Assembly (NCBI GenBank): GCA_013239625.1
Contig: MU053652.1
Coordinates: forward strand, 3,771,902 to 3,835,901
DNA: 64,000 bases
Direction: 5' to 3'
Source of the DNA: Lama guanicoe
Taxonomy: Eukaryota
The notes under the pieces are model-generated. The model was not told where the DNA came from. It saw nothing but the letters and a program-made list of their open reading frames with translations, and did no database searches. This document shows positions 51,554 to 64,000 of this stretch, one piece after another; the first letter of the stretch is position 1; every line of letters starts with the position of its first letter. The translations under genes were made by a program, and so were the position numbers.

Positions 51554-51722
51554 GGACCTACTGTATAGCACGGGGAACTATATTCAATTTCTTATAACAT
51601 ATAATGGAAAAGAATCTGAAAAGGAAAAATATATATGTATGTATATGTATAACTGAATCACTTTGCTGTACACCTGAAACTAACATTGTAAATCAACTAC
51701 ATTTCAATAAAAAATTTTTTTG
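51554..51722 (+). mobile_element. 5'-truncated artiodactyl-type L1 3' end
   Basis: GACCTACTGTATAGCACGGGGAACTATATTCAA...ACTGAATCACTTTGCTGTACACCTGAAAC...AATCAACTACATTTCAATAAAA; flanked by near-duplicate AAAAA(G)TTTGGGA. Confidence 0.8.
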
Positions 51723-54700
51723 AAAAAGTTTGGGATGGAACTGAGGTTGATGCAGCCCACTTAAAAGGTAAGATCATTCTCTATGCTAAAACATACTTTA
51801 GATCTGATACCCACAGCCAGTCATCCCACAGTATCTACAATATGAATTCAGAGCCAAAGCAGACCCTTGATCTGGAATTACTAAGACTATTCTTTACATT
51901 TTACAAGGCAGATTTTAATTTTAGACTGCTTCGTAAGTATTTATTACAGATCGTAAAATGAATGATTATTTAGTGCCTAGATCCTTAATTTTTAACATTT
52001 TTCTGAGAAACGTGTCAAATAATACTACCAGCCAATTCTACAGTGTTCAGTTATCACTGATTAACAATAAAATTATTTAACTCTCTGACCTGAGACTTTA
52101 TGGAAAGTTGAAAAGTATATTCTTAGGAAAATGCTTCAGCTGTGTGGTATTTTGAAGAAGAAAGCTGGTATATGAGAATTGTTTATATAGAAATAGGAGC
52201 TCTGTTTATAGGTTATCTCGGTGACTGCTCATTCCCCACAGTTTTTAATCACTTATTTCTATGACCATCAAAGGTGATGTCCGGCCACTCCTGGACACAT
52301 GCCTGCAGTGTGGAATTTCACAGGCTACAAGCGGGAGAGCAGTTACCCAAGCCCTGACGTGAAAGTTAACCTGTTTCCAGCTATACCCATTTTATGATGT
52401 CTGAAGCTCTAAATATTCGAAATCATTTCCTTTGCTACCTCTCTAAAATATGTTATGCTAGAAGAAGAGCTGTGAACCAGCAACAACGTAAAGCAATCTG
52501 GGATGCCAGGGACGTGGGGCACTGACAGGCCCACAGGTACCTGTCAGGGCCAGGGGTAAAGCAGCGACGGATGGACCTTTCACCCAGCACGTGAAGACGA
52601 CGGTGACGCCAGCTGTCAGCTGACTCTCATTTCCAAATCTGTCCTAACCACTTATGCTAGACTTCATGGGAAATGTTCAAACTATACTGCTAGAAAAAGA
52701 TTACCTTTACTTAAAAAGGTGAATAGAGATCAAAATGTCTCTAAGCAACCACTTCACAATTTTTGACAAAAGTCATTTCCAAATTGGAGTTGTAAATCGG
52801 AAGTTTCCATCAACTTTTTATCTGCAAGTGTCCAACCTTTATTTATGGGAAAAGAGGCAGTTGCGCAGTCCCTGTCCTCCATTTCCAGGGGGATTTCTGA
52901 CCTAGGTTGTCCATCCCATGTTACTGGACAAATAAATACAAGTCCACATATTAAAGTCAAATTTTATTTTAATTATAACTCTAATTTTAAGTCAAATTTT
53001 CATTTAAAAAACAGTAAGAGTCAATTTTTCTTTAAAAATATGATTCACTTCTTTTTTAAGCAAATTCTTCACAGCAGAAGAATAGTAACTCTTAACTTCC
53101 TTGAAGAGAGGAGTCAGCTTAGGCATTTGTTCCCCCACAGCACTGAGTCACAGCACTAGACACAGCAGACACTCAGTAAAACCTGTCTCACTGTCAACAA
53201 CACTGTAAATTTCTACCAGGGCAAATGCAGATTCAGCCTACAAATATTTATCATGTACCTCTATGTGCAAGGACCGTAATAACTTTGCAGGACTTGTTTA
53301 AGAGGGAATAAAAGTCTAGGACAGCTTAACCAACAAACTGAAACTTCAAATTCATCACTGTATTGCAACAAGCAAATGATGACTTCACTTCCTTTCCTGT
53401 CTAGTTGTTCAGGGTGAACAGCTCCTCTTGTTTGAGCCGTGATGCTCTGGTTTTCATTCGTTCACTTTGATTCTCTTGCCATCTCCTTCCTAAAAGCGTT
53501 TACTTATTATATGTTTTGAAAATAATTAAAATTAACTAGTTTCCAGATTTTTAAATGACAGTTTCTCTATACTCTTTCTGGGTTATTATAATGCCGGGGT
53601 GGGTTGTCTGAACCCAGGGCCCTCGTCCTAACTTGCTATACAAAACTCTTTTAACAGCGTGGTTGAAAAACAGGTTTGTTCTGCACCTGCCTTGATCCCT
53701 TTTCCCTCAATAGTCAAAGGAGCCACTTTGCCTTCTTGTTCCCCACCTGCCATTCCATGTAGCCTGCCTCTCTCTCTCCACTCTGCACTCACATCTGCTG
53801 TTTACAGTGCAGCAGACGTGCAGGTAATTATTAGAGAACCATGCTTGTTCCAATTGTACCTGAAACAGAGGCTAGAAGAGAGCAACTCTGTGAATCTGCT
53901 TTGTTACCATAGGAACTAAGACCAGATTCTCGGTGTATTTTTCACTAAGATGACTTCCAGTAACAAATTCTGTGTAGAAGTTGAGAATGGGTTGCATCCC
54001 ATAGAAAAGCAAACACCAAGGCCTTGTGCCTCAAATTCAATCCTCCTGACATTAGACACTGAGTTACCTCTCCTGGAATTAGAAAGCCCATGATGTTCCC
54101 TAATAGCCTGCTATAGTCTAGGCTTTCACTGCCAGGCTTGGTTTCTTCGCCCCCAGCAGAGGTAGCAACACACCATCCCCCCAACACTCATCAGGGCACT
54201 GAACTACCCGATTGCAAACAGATTTCAACATCTCTTTACTCCTCCTACATGCCACAGTGAACCATATTCTCCTTCCTTTGCAGTAAACACTGTAGCCACC
54301 TCAGCTGCATCTGAGTTTGTTAACAAGCCCTCAGGGGAAACCATTACCGTCCTTGTCTTTAGAAATAAGTCCTGGCCCTTACACTGAAGGGAGCCAGAAT
54401 GTACCTCATATTTTCCACTATGTACAGGGTTCCCAGGGCACTCACACTTCATTGGAATATCCAAGGTGCTAGTTCAATGAAATTTAAGTTTTTCTTGTCT
54501 TTCATGGTGGCCTCTCAGGTCCCAAGCTACAGTGAGGGGTTACTGGACCAAAAGGAGGAAGGTTCTCGCTCTGGCCATAGCTTTCAGGAAGTTAATCTGT
54601 GTGTCCTCTCTCAAAGGTAAGAGAGGGATTGGGTCAAAGCAAAAGGAATGAAGTAAGACTTTAATGCTACTGAAAAGTGATATGGCTCAATGGGCTAAGA

Positions 54701-56489
54701 AAAAAGTTTCTATCTCAGGTCACTCAAGACTCACTGGTAACACTGGGAGGACAAGGGTGAGTGTGTTTCAGTTTTTCATACCTAATCAACCACCAAGTCC
54801 TGGCCAAACTTTCTTGAAAATCAGTCACTTTATCTCTATCCTTACTTCTAGTTGCCAAGCCTTTGACAAGTCACACCTGAACTGACTCTTCCAAACTGGC
54901 CTATTTCAAATCTCTTCTCACGATAAGCAATTCTAGATAGACAAGTCTTTATAAGTTAAATGATAATAAGTGTTAATTCCTGAAGTGCTAACTGTAGGCC
55001 AGACACTTGGATGAAGTTTTATACATATATCATTCCATTGAATCTTTCTGGTTCTATGTGAAGATTATCCTTATTACAATGATGAGGAGACCAAGGTTCA
55101 GCGGTTAAATTTCTCAAGATCAAAAGACTACTAAATGGCAGAAGTAGGATTTAAACCTGAATCTACATGACCTCAGAACCGTCTTCTCAGTCACCATAAC
55201 TAGACAGCTTCGTGGAAATCATCTGTACACAAGCCTATCAAGGCTTTCGAGTATATCACAGCCAATCTAAACCTCAGCTGGTTTTTATATTTTGGAGGAG
55301 GTGATCCCCTTCTTCTGAATTTCTACTATGCTCATAGTCTACACTGTACAATCACACAGTGAATTATACTCTGAGTAATACGTTTGCTAAGTGTTTTATT
55401 TAAATCAATCTCCCAATAACAGTACGGTTTCTGTAAGGCAGACATTGTATTTTAGAGCAGTCTTCCTTTACAACCTTACCTAGTAGAGTGTTGGCATGTC
55501 ACAGGAGTTCAATGACTTTCTGAGACCAACAGCAGCTGCCTGTGATAATAGCAGCCTTACTCTATGACAGCACTGATCTAAGAATCTCACGTGCATTGAC
55601 TTTCCCAGTTCTCACTGTGCACCTGCAAGGTAGGTACTAGTTTTACCCTCATTTTACATAGAGGAAAGTCTGGGCACTCAGTTCAAGTAAATCACTCAAG
55701 GTCAAACAGCTAGTAAGTGACAGAGCTAGAATTCAAACTCAGGTAGTCTGGCTTCAAGGCACAAACTCTTAACCATTAGTTAAAATGCCTGGGTCCATCA
55801 AAAATAAAATTGTGCCAGCAATGAACAATAAGAAGAATAAAATGGGATGATTTTTTTCTGTCAACAACCAAAAGAAGGAACCAAGCAGGGAACGATACAA
55901 TTTAGTTTTGGAAACTACCTCTTACTGGAGTATCCCATTCTGCAGTAGCCTTCCTAAACATTCCTGAAGAAAAAAATTTCCATCTTCCCCAATAATCCCA
56001 AACTTATTTTATTTCAAAGTCACTGATAAGAGCAAGGAAAACAAATTTCCTGAGAAGTCAGTAAAATCAGTTCTTGACCAGCTAACATGGATTAATAGCC
56101 ATAACAAAAAGCAGTTTCTTTTATAAGGTAAAAGGAAAATCAATCCTGAAGCTTTTTGATTTTTTTTTATTATATCCATTGGTCCCTTTAAAAACACAAA
56201 GTACTCACACTACGCTGCTTTTGGTCTGTTAAGGAGCACAGAATAGGATAAAGCAAAAGGGACCCATGTCCCTTGACCAGCAGGCTTGAGCTGGAAGTCA
56301 GAAAGGCTGGTTGGGTTGCAGGGGTGGGGTGGGTGAGGGCTAATTATAAGACAATTTACAGTGTCCTATGGGCTAAGAGTATTAAGTTCCAAATGCCAAC
56401 TGTGACAAACTGGGGTACAATGTTTCTCTTTACATCTGTAAATGGGGACAGATTCGCCCTCCTCTTTTATGCCCCACCCCTGCCTCCAC

Positions 56490-56647
56490 CTGTTGAGTGC
56501 CATGGTGACTGTAGCTCCCTGTTGCATCTCCTGAGAAGCTGCCACTGCGGCCTCTGCCAATGAAGCCACCGCCTGGGTGGCCTCTGAAGCTTGCGTTGTC
56601 TGGATGGTCATCTCACCTCCCTGTAACGTGGCCCAATTTTGTTCCAC
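56490..56647 (-). CDS. NRF1: NRF1 coding exon (exon 9 equivalent), 158 nt: VEQNWATLQGGEMTIQTTQASEATQAVASLAEAAVAASQEMQQGATVTMALN
   Basis: Acceptor ctttctgcctcag|, donor AACAG|GTGGAG; phase 0-2; overlaps ORF-track entry 56366-56665. Confidence 0.97.
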
Positions 56648-57760
56648 CTGAGGCAGAAAGGACATGATAGTTAAAAAATTAAAGTCACAAAAAGATTATG
56701 ATTTTTAAAAGTCATTTTTCTAAAAAATTGCTATGTGCTCTGCCAAATATATACACACGTTTAAATTAACATGACTTACAATGTATAGAAAAGGGTTTTT
56801 AGCATGATACCTTTTGCGTTAAAAAGGACGGTTTAAAATACACATTTCAATTTGCTTATATTTGCATAAAGAAATTCTGGAAGGACACATAAGAAACTAT
56901 TGAAAATATTTTCTTCAGTGTGTGCATGGGGAGGAATTGTAGGAATAGGCTGGACAGAAGACAGAAAGTAAGATTTCCCACTGCACACTTTTAAACAATG
57001 TTTGAAATATCTAAGTCATATCAATATAGTACCTATTCTAAAATTAAAGTTTTTGAGTAGATCATAATAATTCTAACAAAAGCCTAACTGTACCAAAGGG
57101 AGTATAATGCCAGTACTCCAGACCTTGTGCCCAAACTCTCACTGCTGTTACTTATTTCTTATGTATCTTTGCAAGGATATTCTCTCACTATGCAAGCATA
57201 TTCTCTCTCTCACACACACACACACACAGTCCTACAACCACCTTCTACTCTCTCCTTTCAAAAAAGAAAAATGGCAGCATATTCTACATATCTTTTTGTA
57301 CCTTGCTTTTTCCACAAACAATACAGCTCTGAAATGATCCTATTTTGGAATGTACCAAACAGCTTCATTCATTCATGATTCATAATAATGGCTTCATAGC
57401 ATGATATTACAAAGATACGCCATGATTTATTTAACCAGCCATCTTTTAATGGGTATTTAGGTAGTTTCCAGTGTTTGTTGTTACAAACAGTACTGTGATG
57501 AATATCCTTATACACTATTTTGTATATCTTATGTGAGTCTATTTATTGAGTAAATTCCTAGAGATGGAATTATGTATCAAAACTACTTTGTATTTTTATT
57601 TTTGATGGAAACTGCCAAATTCAGTAAATAATTTTTAAGGTAGCAAAAACTGCTTTTCTGTTAGTAGGGAGGAATTATGAAGAAATAAAACAAAAACAAC
57701 AAAAAATATACTATCTGGTTATATAGGGTAGATTAGAATTCAGCTTTTCTAGATCTAGGA

Positions 57761-57979
57761 AAGGGTTTCTCAACCTTGGCACTATTAACATTTTGGGTTA
57801 AACAATTCTTTGTTGTAGGGTCCGTCCTGTGCACTGTAGAATGTTCAGCAGCATACTTGGCTTCTACCCAGGAGATGTTAATAGGAACCTCCCCTGTCAT
57901 GATAATCAAAACTATCTCCAGACATTGCCAAATGTCCTCTCTGAGGGGTGTAGGGAGTGTCCCTGGTTGAGAACCACTG
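57761..57979 (-). mobile_element. MER20 DNA transposon relic
   Basis: GGGTTTCTCAACC...CTGTGCACTGTAGAATGTT...CTCCAGACATTGCCAAATGTCC...GGTTGAGAACCACTG. Confidence 0.85.
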
Positions 57980-60900
57980 ATTTTAGTACATTGCTTTGGA
58001 TTTAGAGATTTTTCAGTTCTGGATACCTGAATCTAGCTACTTCGGTCCATTTTGCTCAGTAAACACTGGTTAATTATTCCTCCCCCCAAACAAAAAGCAG
58101 CAAGGGCAGTGAAAGCAATTTCTATTCTGAAACATGGTATGTGACAAATCAGTCAGCTCAGGCACAATATTTCCACAGGCTCAGGTCTCAGTACGTTAGC
58201 TGTTGCTTACTGGAGCTCTCGCTGGGGCCCAGTGAGTGGTTAACCTGTGCCTACATGTTACTGTGTCCCAAAGAAAGTGCCGCAAGCTCTAGGTGACGTA
58301 GATATTTTAAATGCCTCCTGCTTTGGTTCTATTACCATACTTAGATTATCATAGTGCTTCTCCAAATGTTTGTCAAAAGCCTCCCCGAGAATGGGACATT
58401 TCTTTGAGCTACCTTAGTATTTGCCCTGAGTTCTTATAGGCAGTGGGTTGTGCTAGCAGCCTTCAGGGCCCATCACTAAGAGCCAGAGATATCCCATTTC
58501 CTTCTCTTAGAGCTGCACAGTTGCCCACTCAGGAACTCATAAAACTCTTGCTTCTTAAGGTATTATCTCTTTGATCTCATTACTCCAGTGAGCATCACTG
58601 CAAACAGTGCCGTCTTAGATGGCAAATTACACTGCCAATCCATAGATGGTCAATGATTCCACTCAGAACATCAGCTGAAGCTGGCCAGCCCTGTCACATT
58701 TTGCCATGAAACAGCCTTATTCTTTCCAGATCTGCCCATCCCACCGCTGAGTGTGGCCCAGTGCTGCAGAACAAAGAGGAGAGGTCCTGAGTCTTGGACT
58801 GTAGGGGGTGGAGTTGTACTCCCAAGTACTCATACTCAAATGGCAGCAATTTAATATATATATTTATATTTAGCTACAGCTTTATTTGTAGTGAAAATGG
58901 TATTAGAATGTTGCCACACACAGAATTCTTTAAGGAAGTTAAATTATGAAAGATTAATGGATGGTGGTAAACTGTGAAGAAGTGGGAAGAAGAAGCAGAT
59001 GAAGAAATTTCTACTGAGTAATGACAGGTAACAAATGAGCTTAGGTGTTAATGTTTCTTTGGAATTTCCTATTCTTGAGTCTCAGAACTTCAGTTGTGTT
59101 TGCTTGAGCTCTTATTGCTCTCTCTTTCCATCTTCTGGGAGCCACTGTGTAGTTATCTATGCCTGGATGTCACCATATCCCAGAGAAAGGGCCATGAACT
59201 CTAGAAGGGAAAGCTGTTCAGACAGAGGATGTATAGTTAGCTTCTGTGCTTTTCTGAGAAAGACTCTCTCCAATGAGGCTCTTGAAACTGTGGCTACTCC
59301 CGCCCCATAGCTACCATGAACCACTGTGGCTTTGCCACACCATCACACTGAGATGCACTGCATGTGCTGCTCCCTTCCTTCTGGCCTTTGCTTCCTGTTC
59401 ACCTCTCTAGTCGGAGCTGAGACTGGAGCGAGACACCTCCTCTCCCCTCAGTCCACGGCTCAGGACCTCTCTTGTGTTCCATAGCACCCTGGGCTTGCTG
59501 CTACCAGATCCGTACTTCATTGCCATTTTCTCTGATGTGTTTTCCTCTACCACCTACCTGAGTGCTCCTTAAGAGCAACACAGTTTTATTTTCCTCTATC
59601 TGCGTATATGCAGTGCCTGGCACAGGGCTCAGAAAGCGTTTACTGAAAGGATATTTTTATTTTTATCTGTATTTCTCTACTTGTTCTTCAGCCTACCCAT
59701 ACCTCAAGTAAATTAATATTCATAAAAAGTCCACCTAACGTAAGTTATGCTGCTTCAAAACTGTTACTTGTGTTGATGGTTCAGTTTAAAATTCATGTCT
59801 CTATATCTCTATACTTTAGTTTCTTCTTCTCCTGTTTCTTCTAACAGAGTCACATACACCACTATTATCAGATATCATTCTATTTCAAGTTTCAATTTTT
59901 CTGACACATAATGTAATTACTATCACCAATACGAACTGGTGATCTTATCACACAATAAAATAAATTTTCAAATCCATTTGTATTTGTAAATACGCCATCA
60001 AAATTGAAATTGTATAAATATTTTGAAATCAACATATATAGTTATTTCACATTATTTTGAAATTCTTTGATTCATTTCTAAATGTTTACAAAAGTTATGT
60101 GTCTCTAGTTTTAACCTGCAAAAGGTTAGTTTTTTTGTTTTGTTTCTTTGTTTCTTTGTAACTACTTATTCTGCATTCTCAGCACAGAGTACTCAAACGA
60201 TTTGGGAGACCATTTATTACCAGAAGAGACAGGCCCACAGACTTCTGTCTTATAAATGTAACCAAATGCAACTAACTGGATATTGAACGCAGTGTGGTCT
60301 AAATGTAAGAGCTCTCACTGGTGAGGGTTGGATAATAAAATGACCCTACAACTTCTCAAAGTATAGGTATTGTTTATTTTTTAAAGTGCCTTCTGTTCCT
60401 TGGGAGAAACGATGCTAAACACAACCAGTAGGATGTTTCTACTGAGTCATCTTATTGGCTTGATGTGTTCTTATCTGTTCCAAGTCAGTGAGGTATTTTG
60501 ACTAATTACAAACCTCGAGGTTCAAAACTAAGATGCTAACAACCATGGTAACATCTGAGAGAAATCAGAAGGCAAATAGAAGCATACTATAAAATCTACA
60601 ACATTTTGCCACTTTCTGAGATAACCTAGGCTGCTTCTCTTCATATCATTTTTGTTTCACTGGAAGTATAGGAAGGGTTAGAATTTTTTTTAATCTGACC
60701 GAATTTGGGTATTTACCAATAAGTTATTTGTATATGTCATTCACCCACTTCCACAAAGATACTTAAAAATAATTTTAGTGTGCTTATCCTTCATATTGTC
60801 CATGAACTTTTGAATATATAGATTATCTTTGTTTATGTGAAGTTATTTTGTAAAACGGGTTGCAAAGAATTAGTCTCCAGAGAAGTGTTTAAGAAACTCA

Positions 60901-62311
60901 AAGTTACTTTCTTTAAATAGTACCCAGGAAACATTCAGTAGGGAGATATGCTTAATAACTTTGACTAAGTCAAAAAGTAACAAATCCCATAAATGTACCA
61001 CCACTGTCTTTGCCACCTCTTTCACACTTCAAGGAGTGTCCTCCAGGTTTTAGTGTCTGGGGACTGATGAATTTTTCCCTCTGCTAATCCATTCTCGTTC
61101 ATGATGTTTATATACATAAAAAAGTAAACATCCTGCTGGCTCTACCTTTCCATACTGGAAAACCAAATGCTAGCTTCTGCCCCAAGTCCTCCCAGTCTCC
61201 CTAGCTGGAAACACTCTCTCCTGAAGGCATACACTACTTTGCAATATCTCTTACAGCAGGGACCATAGTTCATTTATGTAGACATTTCTCTCCCTCATTA
61301 GACAGGAGCTCCCTGAGAGCAGGTTCCTGTGTAAATCAACTCCACACACCTAACACCTCAACTGCAGCACGGCAGGTGCTCAACACATGCTGGCTGATAG
61401 AAACCTGCTGTATTTCTCTTCATCTCACTAGCCGTGAACCTGTATCAGCTCCCTCCCTTTCCTGAGATGCACAAATGAAAGTGACTTTGTGGTGTTCTGA
61501 GTGGAAATATTTCATAGTTTAGAACAAGGGTGAGATAATACGTTCAGCTTTATTTCTGATACTGCTTTTTGACATTTGCTGGCTATTTTTCAAACTTCAG
61601 GAGTACATCCTTTAGGGGAAAAGCCCATTGTGACTTAATGAACTCTTCCCTGAACTTCACTGATGGCTCAGAGCCTAGACAACATTTTTCTAAATCTATT
61701 ACTCAGCTTCAACACTTACTCTGTGCCTCTGGGCAAGTCACCTAACATCTATATGTTTTAGTTTTATCATGTACAAAGTGAAGATGGTAACAGAATCTGT
61801 ACTTTCTAGGGGTGAGTACTTAATTTACTGAGTGCTCAATAAACGCTAGCTGCCTTTAAGTTAACATGCCATAATTACTTCAGTTTTGGTAGGGAAGGAT
61901 TTTCTTGGGGAGTTCTTTCAAAGGCACGTTTAAAATTTAATAAATAATGTCTACTGATTTATAAGGCCCAAAGTTTAAATTCTTTGGGATTCACAGCATA
62001 CAACTACTAAATGGATAATCCCTTTTTATTGTGTATTATACAAAGTCCTATGCTGCAAATGTAAAACTGTAAGTTCATGACTGTTAGGTCTGAATCATAA
62101 AGATCCATAAATTTCAATTGTTATAATTAATATACACAGAGTAAGCTTCTTCACAGAACTGGCATGGTCTGATGTTTTAAAAAGGTTTAAATTAAATAAT
62201 GCTACAGATGTGTAGGCTACTTACAGTCTTCTCATCTTCTGGACCCTCCCCTTCTCCCTCACCTATACATTCAAGTATTTAAGTGGATGCAGACAGAATC
62301 TTCTTTCTTAC

Positions 62312-62413
62312 CTCTCCATCAGCCACAGCAGAATAATTCACTTGGGCAACAGTGACTGTGGTTGGCAATTCTGAAGCATCAGCCAACGTGGCTACTGTTG
62401 CCCCTGTACCAAC
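62312..62413 (-). CDS. NRF1: NRF1 coding exon (exon 8 equivalent), 102 nt: VGTGATVATLADASELPTTVTVAQVNYSAVADGE
   Basis: Acceptor tttttctttag|, donor GAG|GTAAGA; phase 0-0; in frame with neighbouring exons. Confidence 0.97.
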
Positions 62414-63031
62414 CTAAAGAAAAACACGGAAAGTGATACGGGTCAGTGGACGGATCTTTCCACCTCTTCTTTACTCAGAAGTTAAGATTCATTTAATCCC
62501 AAATTCAGCACAGGTAACGATTCCTATGCCTTGTCATGTGAAATGAATTACTAAAACCATATATCAGACACTAACAGGTGTTTCAGAGTTTTACTTCAAC
62601 CAAATAAATCAGTATTAGCAGTCAACATGTTTCACCATTGGTGTCCAGTGTCAGTCAACCAACTTTCTACTCTTACTCCAATTTGAATTTTAGAGACTCC
62701 TTATCTACTAACAATTTTTTTTAACCTCGTAAGAGATAATTCAGAAGGAGTATTTCCTGGCCACTGACAGAGTGAAATGGTAAAAGAAGAGGCCATTTTT
62801 ACAGTGCTTTGATCTGGAAATGTCCAGAAATGCTACCCATAGCTCTATATTTAGCAAAATAGAAACAATTAAAAATATTTTTCAAAAAATCAAGTTCAGT
62901 TAGGGAGATCTTGGGGATCTATATAAAGTTCATATAAGAACTTGCATAAAGAAAACTTTCTCCAGCCTAAGGTGAGGTGCCCACTGATCTGCCTCAGAAA
63001 CCATAATCCAGTAACCATAAGGTTTACTCAC

Positions 63032-63229
63032 CTGGATGAGTGAGACAGTGCCATCAGGGTTACTAAAGGTCTGGACTACAGTCTGTGATGGTACAAGATG
63101 GGCTATACTGTGTGTCGTTGTGGCTTGTGTTTGTGTTTGCTGATCTTCAAAAGCATACAAAAGGTCCTCCCGCCCATGCTGTTTGTAACAGTTTTTAACT
63201 ATGGTCCGTAATGCCTGGGTCCATGAAAC
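63032..63229 (-). CDS. NRF1: NRF1 coding exon (human exon 7 equivalent), 198 nt: VSWTQALRTIVKNCYKQHGREDLLYAFEDQQ...DGTVSLIQ, end of DNA-binding domain
   Basis: Translation recognised as NRF1; acceptor ...gacag| and donor CAG|GTGAGT; phase 0-0. Confidence 0.97.
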
Positions 63230-64000
63230 CTGTCACCAAAAGACCAGTAAAGCACATTAAGTCACAAAGAATGTTGGTTATTCAGCCCCACAATTGGAAT
63301 AAGCAGCTGCTTATTTATCAAACCAAACTAAACTTGTATAGAATAAACCTTCTTAGGATTATTTCCCATAGATTCAGACACAAAGAAATTCAGTACCAAA
63401 GATTTCACACTCATTTCCTTCCTGATCAAAGTCTGGTTTAGCTTTTGGGTTTTATACCCTATTCTAACCTGAGGCCAACTCAAACTTCTCATAAAAGGTT
63501 TATAATTTTGTCAAGAATTTTATGACATTAAGATCCTCAGTAAATTTAAGCTAACTGAAAAACAAATATGTAGAACAAGTACAAGAGGATGCCTGGTTTA
63601 GTCTCTCCTCTTTCTTAAAAGAAGTTTCATTATCAGCAGAATTGACCAACTTTATATCTCTCACATTCATATTTTCAACAGTGATTCTTGCTAACCAGAA
63701 ATAAGGACATTTCTAAATCTTCAAAGTGATATTTTGTGAAGTGACACAATATTTTTACTTTAAGTTTCTTCAGTTTTTCCAAGCATCTCATAAAACTAAA
63801 ACTGCTCCAAAAGACAACTATGCACAGAAAAGTGTAAATTCACAGACCCATCCCAAGTCTTCAAAGTGATGAAGTGACGAATGCGAAAGGCTATATAAAT
63901 CAGAGATATCAAACTTCTTTTGGGGGACAGACTTCTTTTTTGACTATTACACAAATGTTTTTAGACCTTTTATAGCATAAGAAGTAAAACAACAAAAATG

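Noticed and set aside
1..64000. CRISPR arrays, prokaryotic operons, rRNA genes or an intact retroelement
   Set aside because: No spaced direct-repeat arrays, rRNA signatures or intact gag/pol/L1 ORF2 frames; this is spliced mammalian DNA.

Overview
Mammalian genomic DNA, probably a camelid judging from the tRNA-derived SINE family and an artiodactyl-type L1 3' end. It contains the known sensory-organ microRNA cluster miR-183/miR-96/miR-182 on the + strand (7.9-12.5 kb), preceded by a CpG-island promoter region (~0.9-5.2 kb). The 3' half of NRF1 (nuclear respiratory factor 1) converges on it from the - strand: five coding exons at 63229-24305 with exact splice phases, and a ~1.85 kb 3' UTR ending near an AATAAA at 22471-22476. 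The rest is intronic or intergenic DNA with MIR, L2, L1/HAL1, MER and SINE relics. Nearly all ORF-track entries are spurious GC-rich frames. I see no wholly new gene system. The best leads are regulatory: (1) a dense CRX/OTX2+NRL+ROR motif cluster inside the last NRF1 intron that may be a photoreceptor enhancer for the miRNA cluster; (2) a decayed orthologue of the NRF1 alternative 'LFMAD...' exon with a lost splice donor; (3) a strong splice acceptor just before pre-miR-182 with donors inside its loop; (4) a miR-182 seed site in the 3' UTR of the neighbouring NRF1. Comparisons with human or mouse sequences are from memory and need alignment to confirm.
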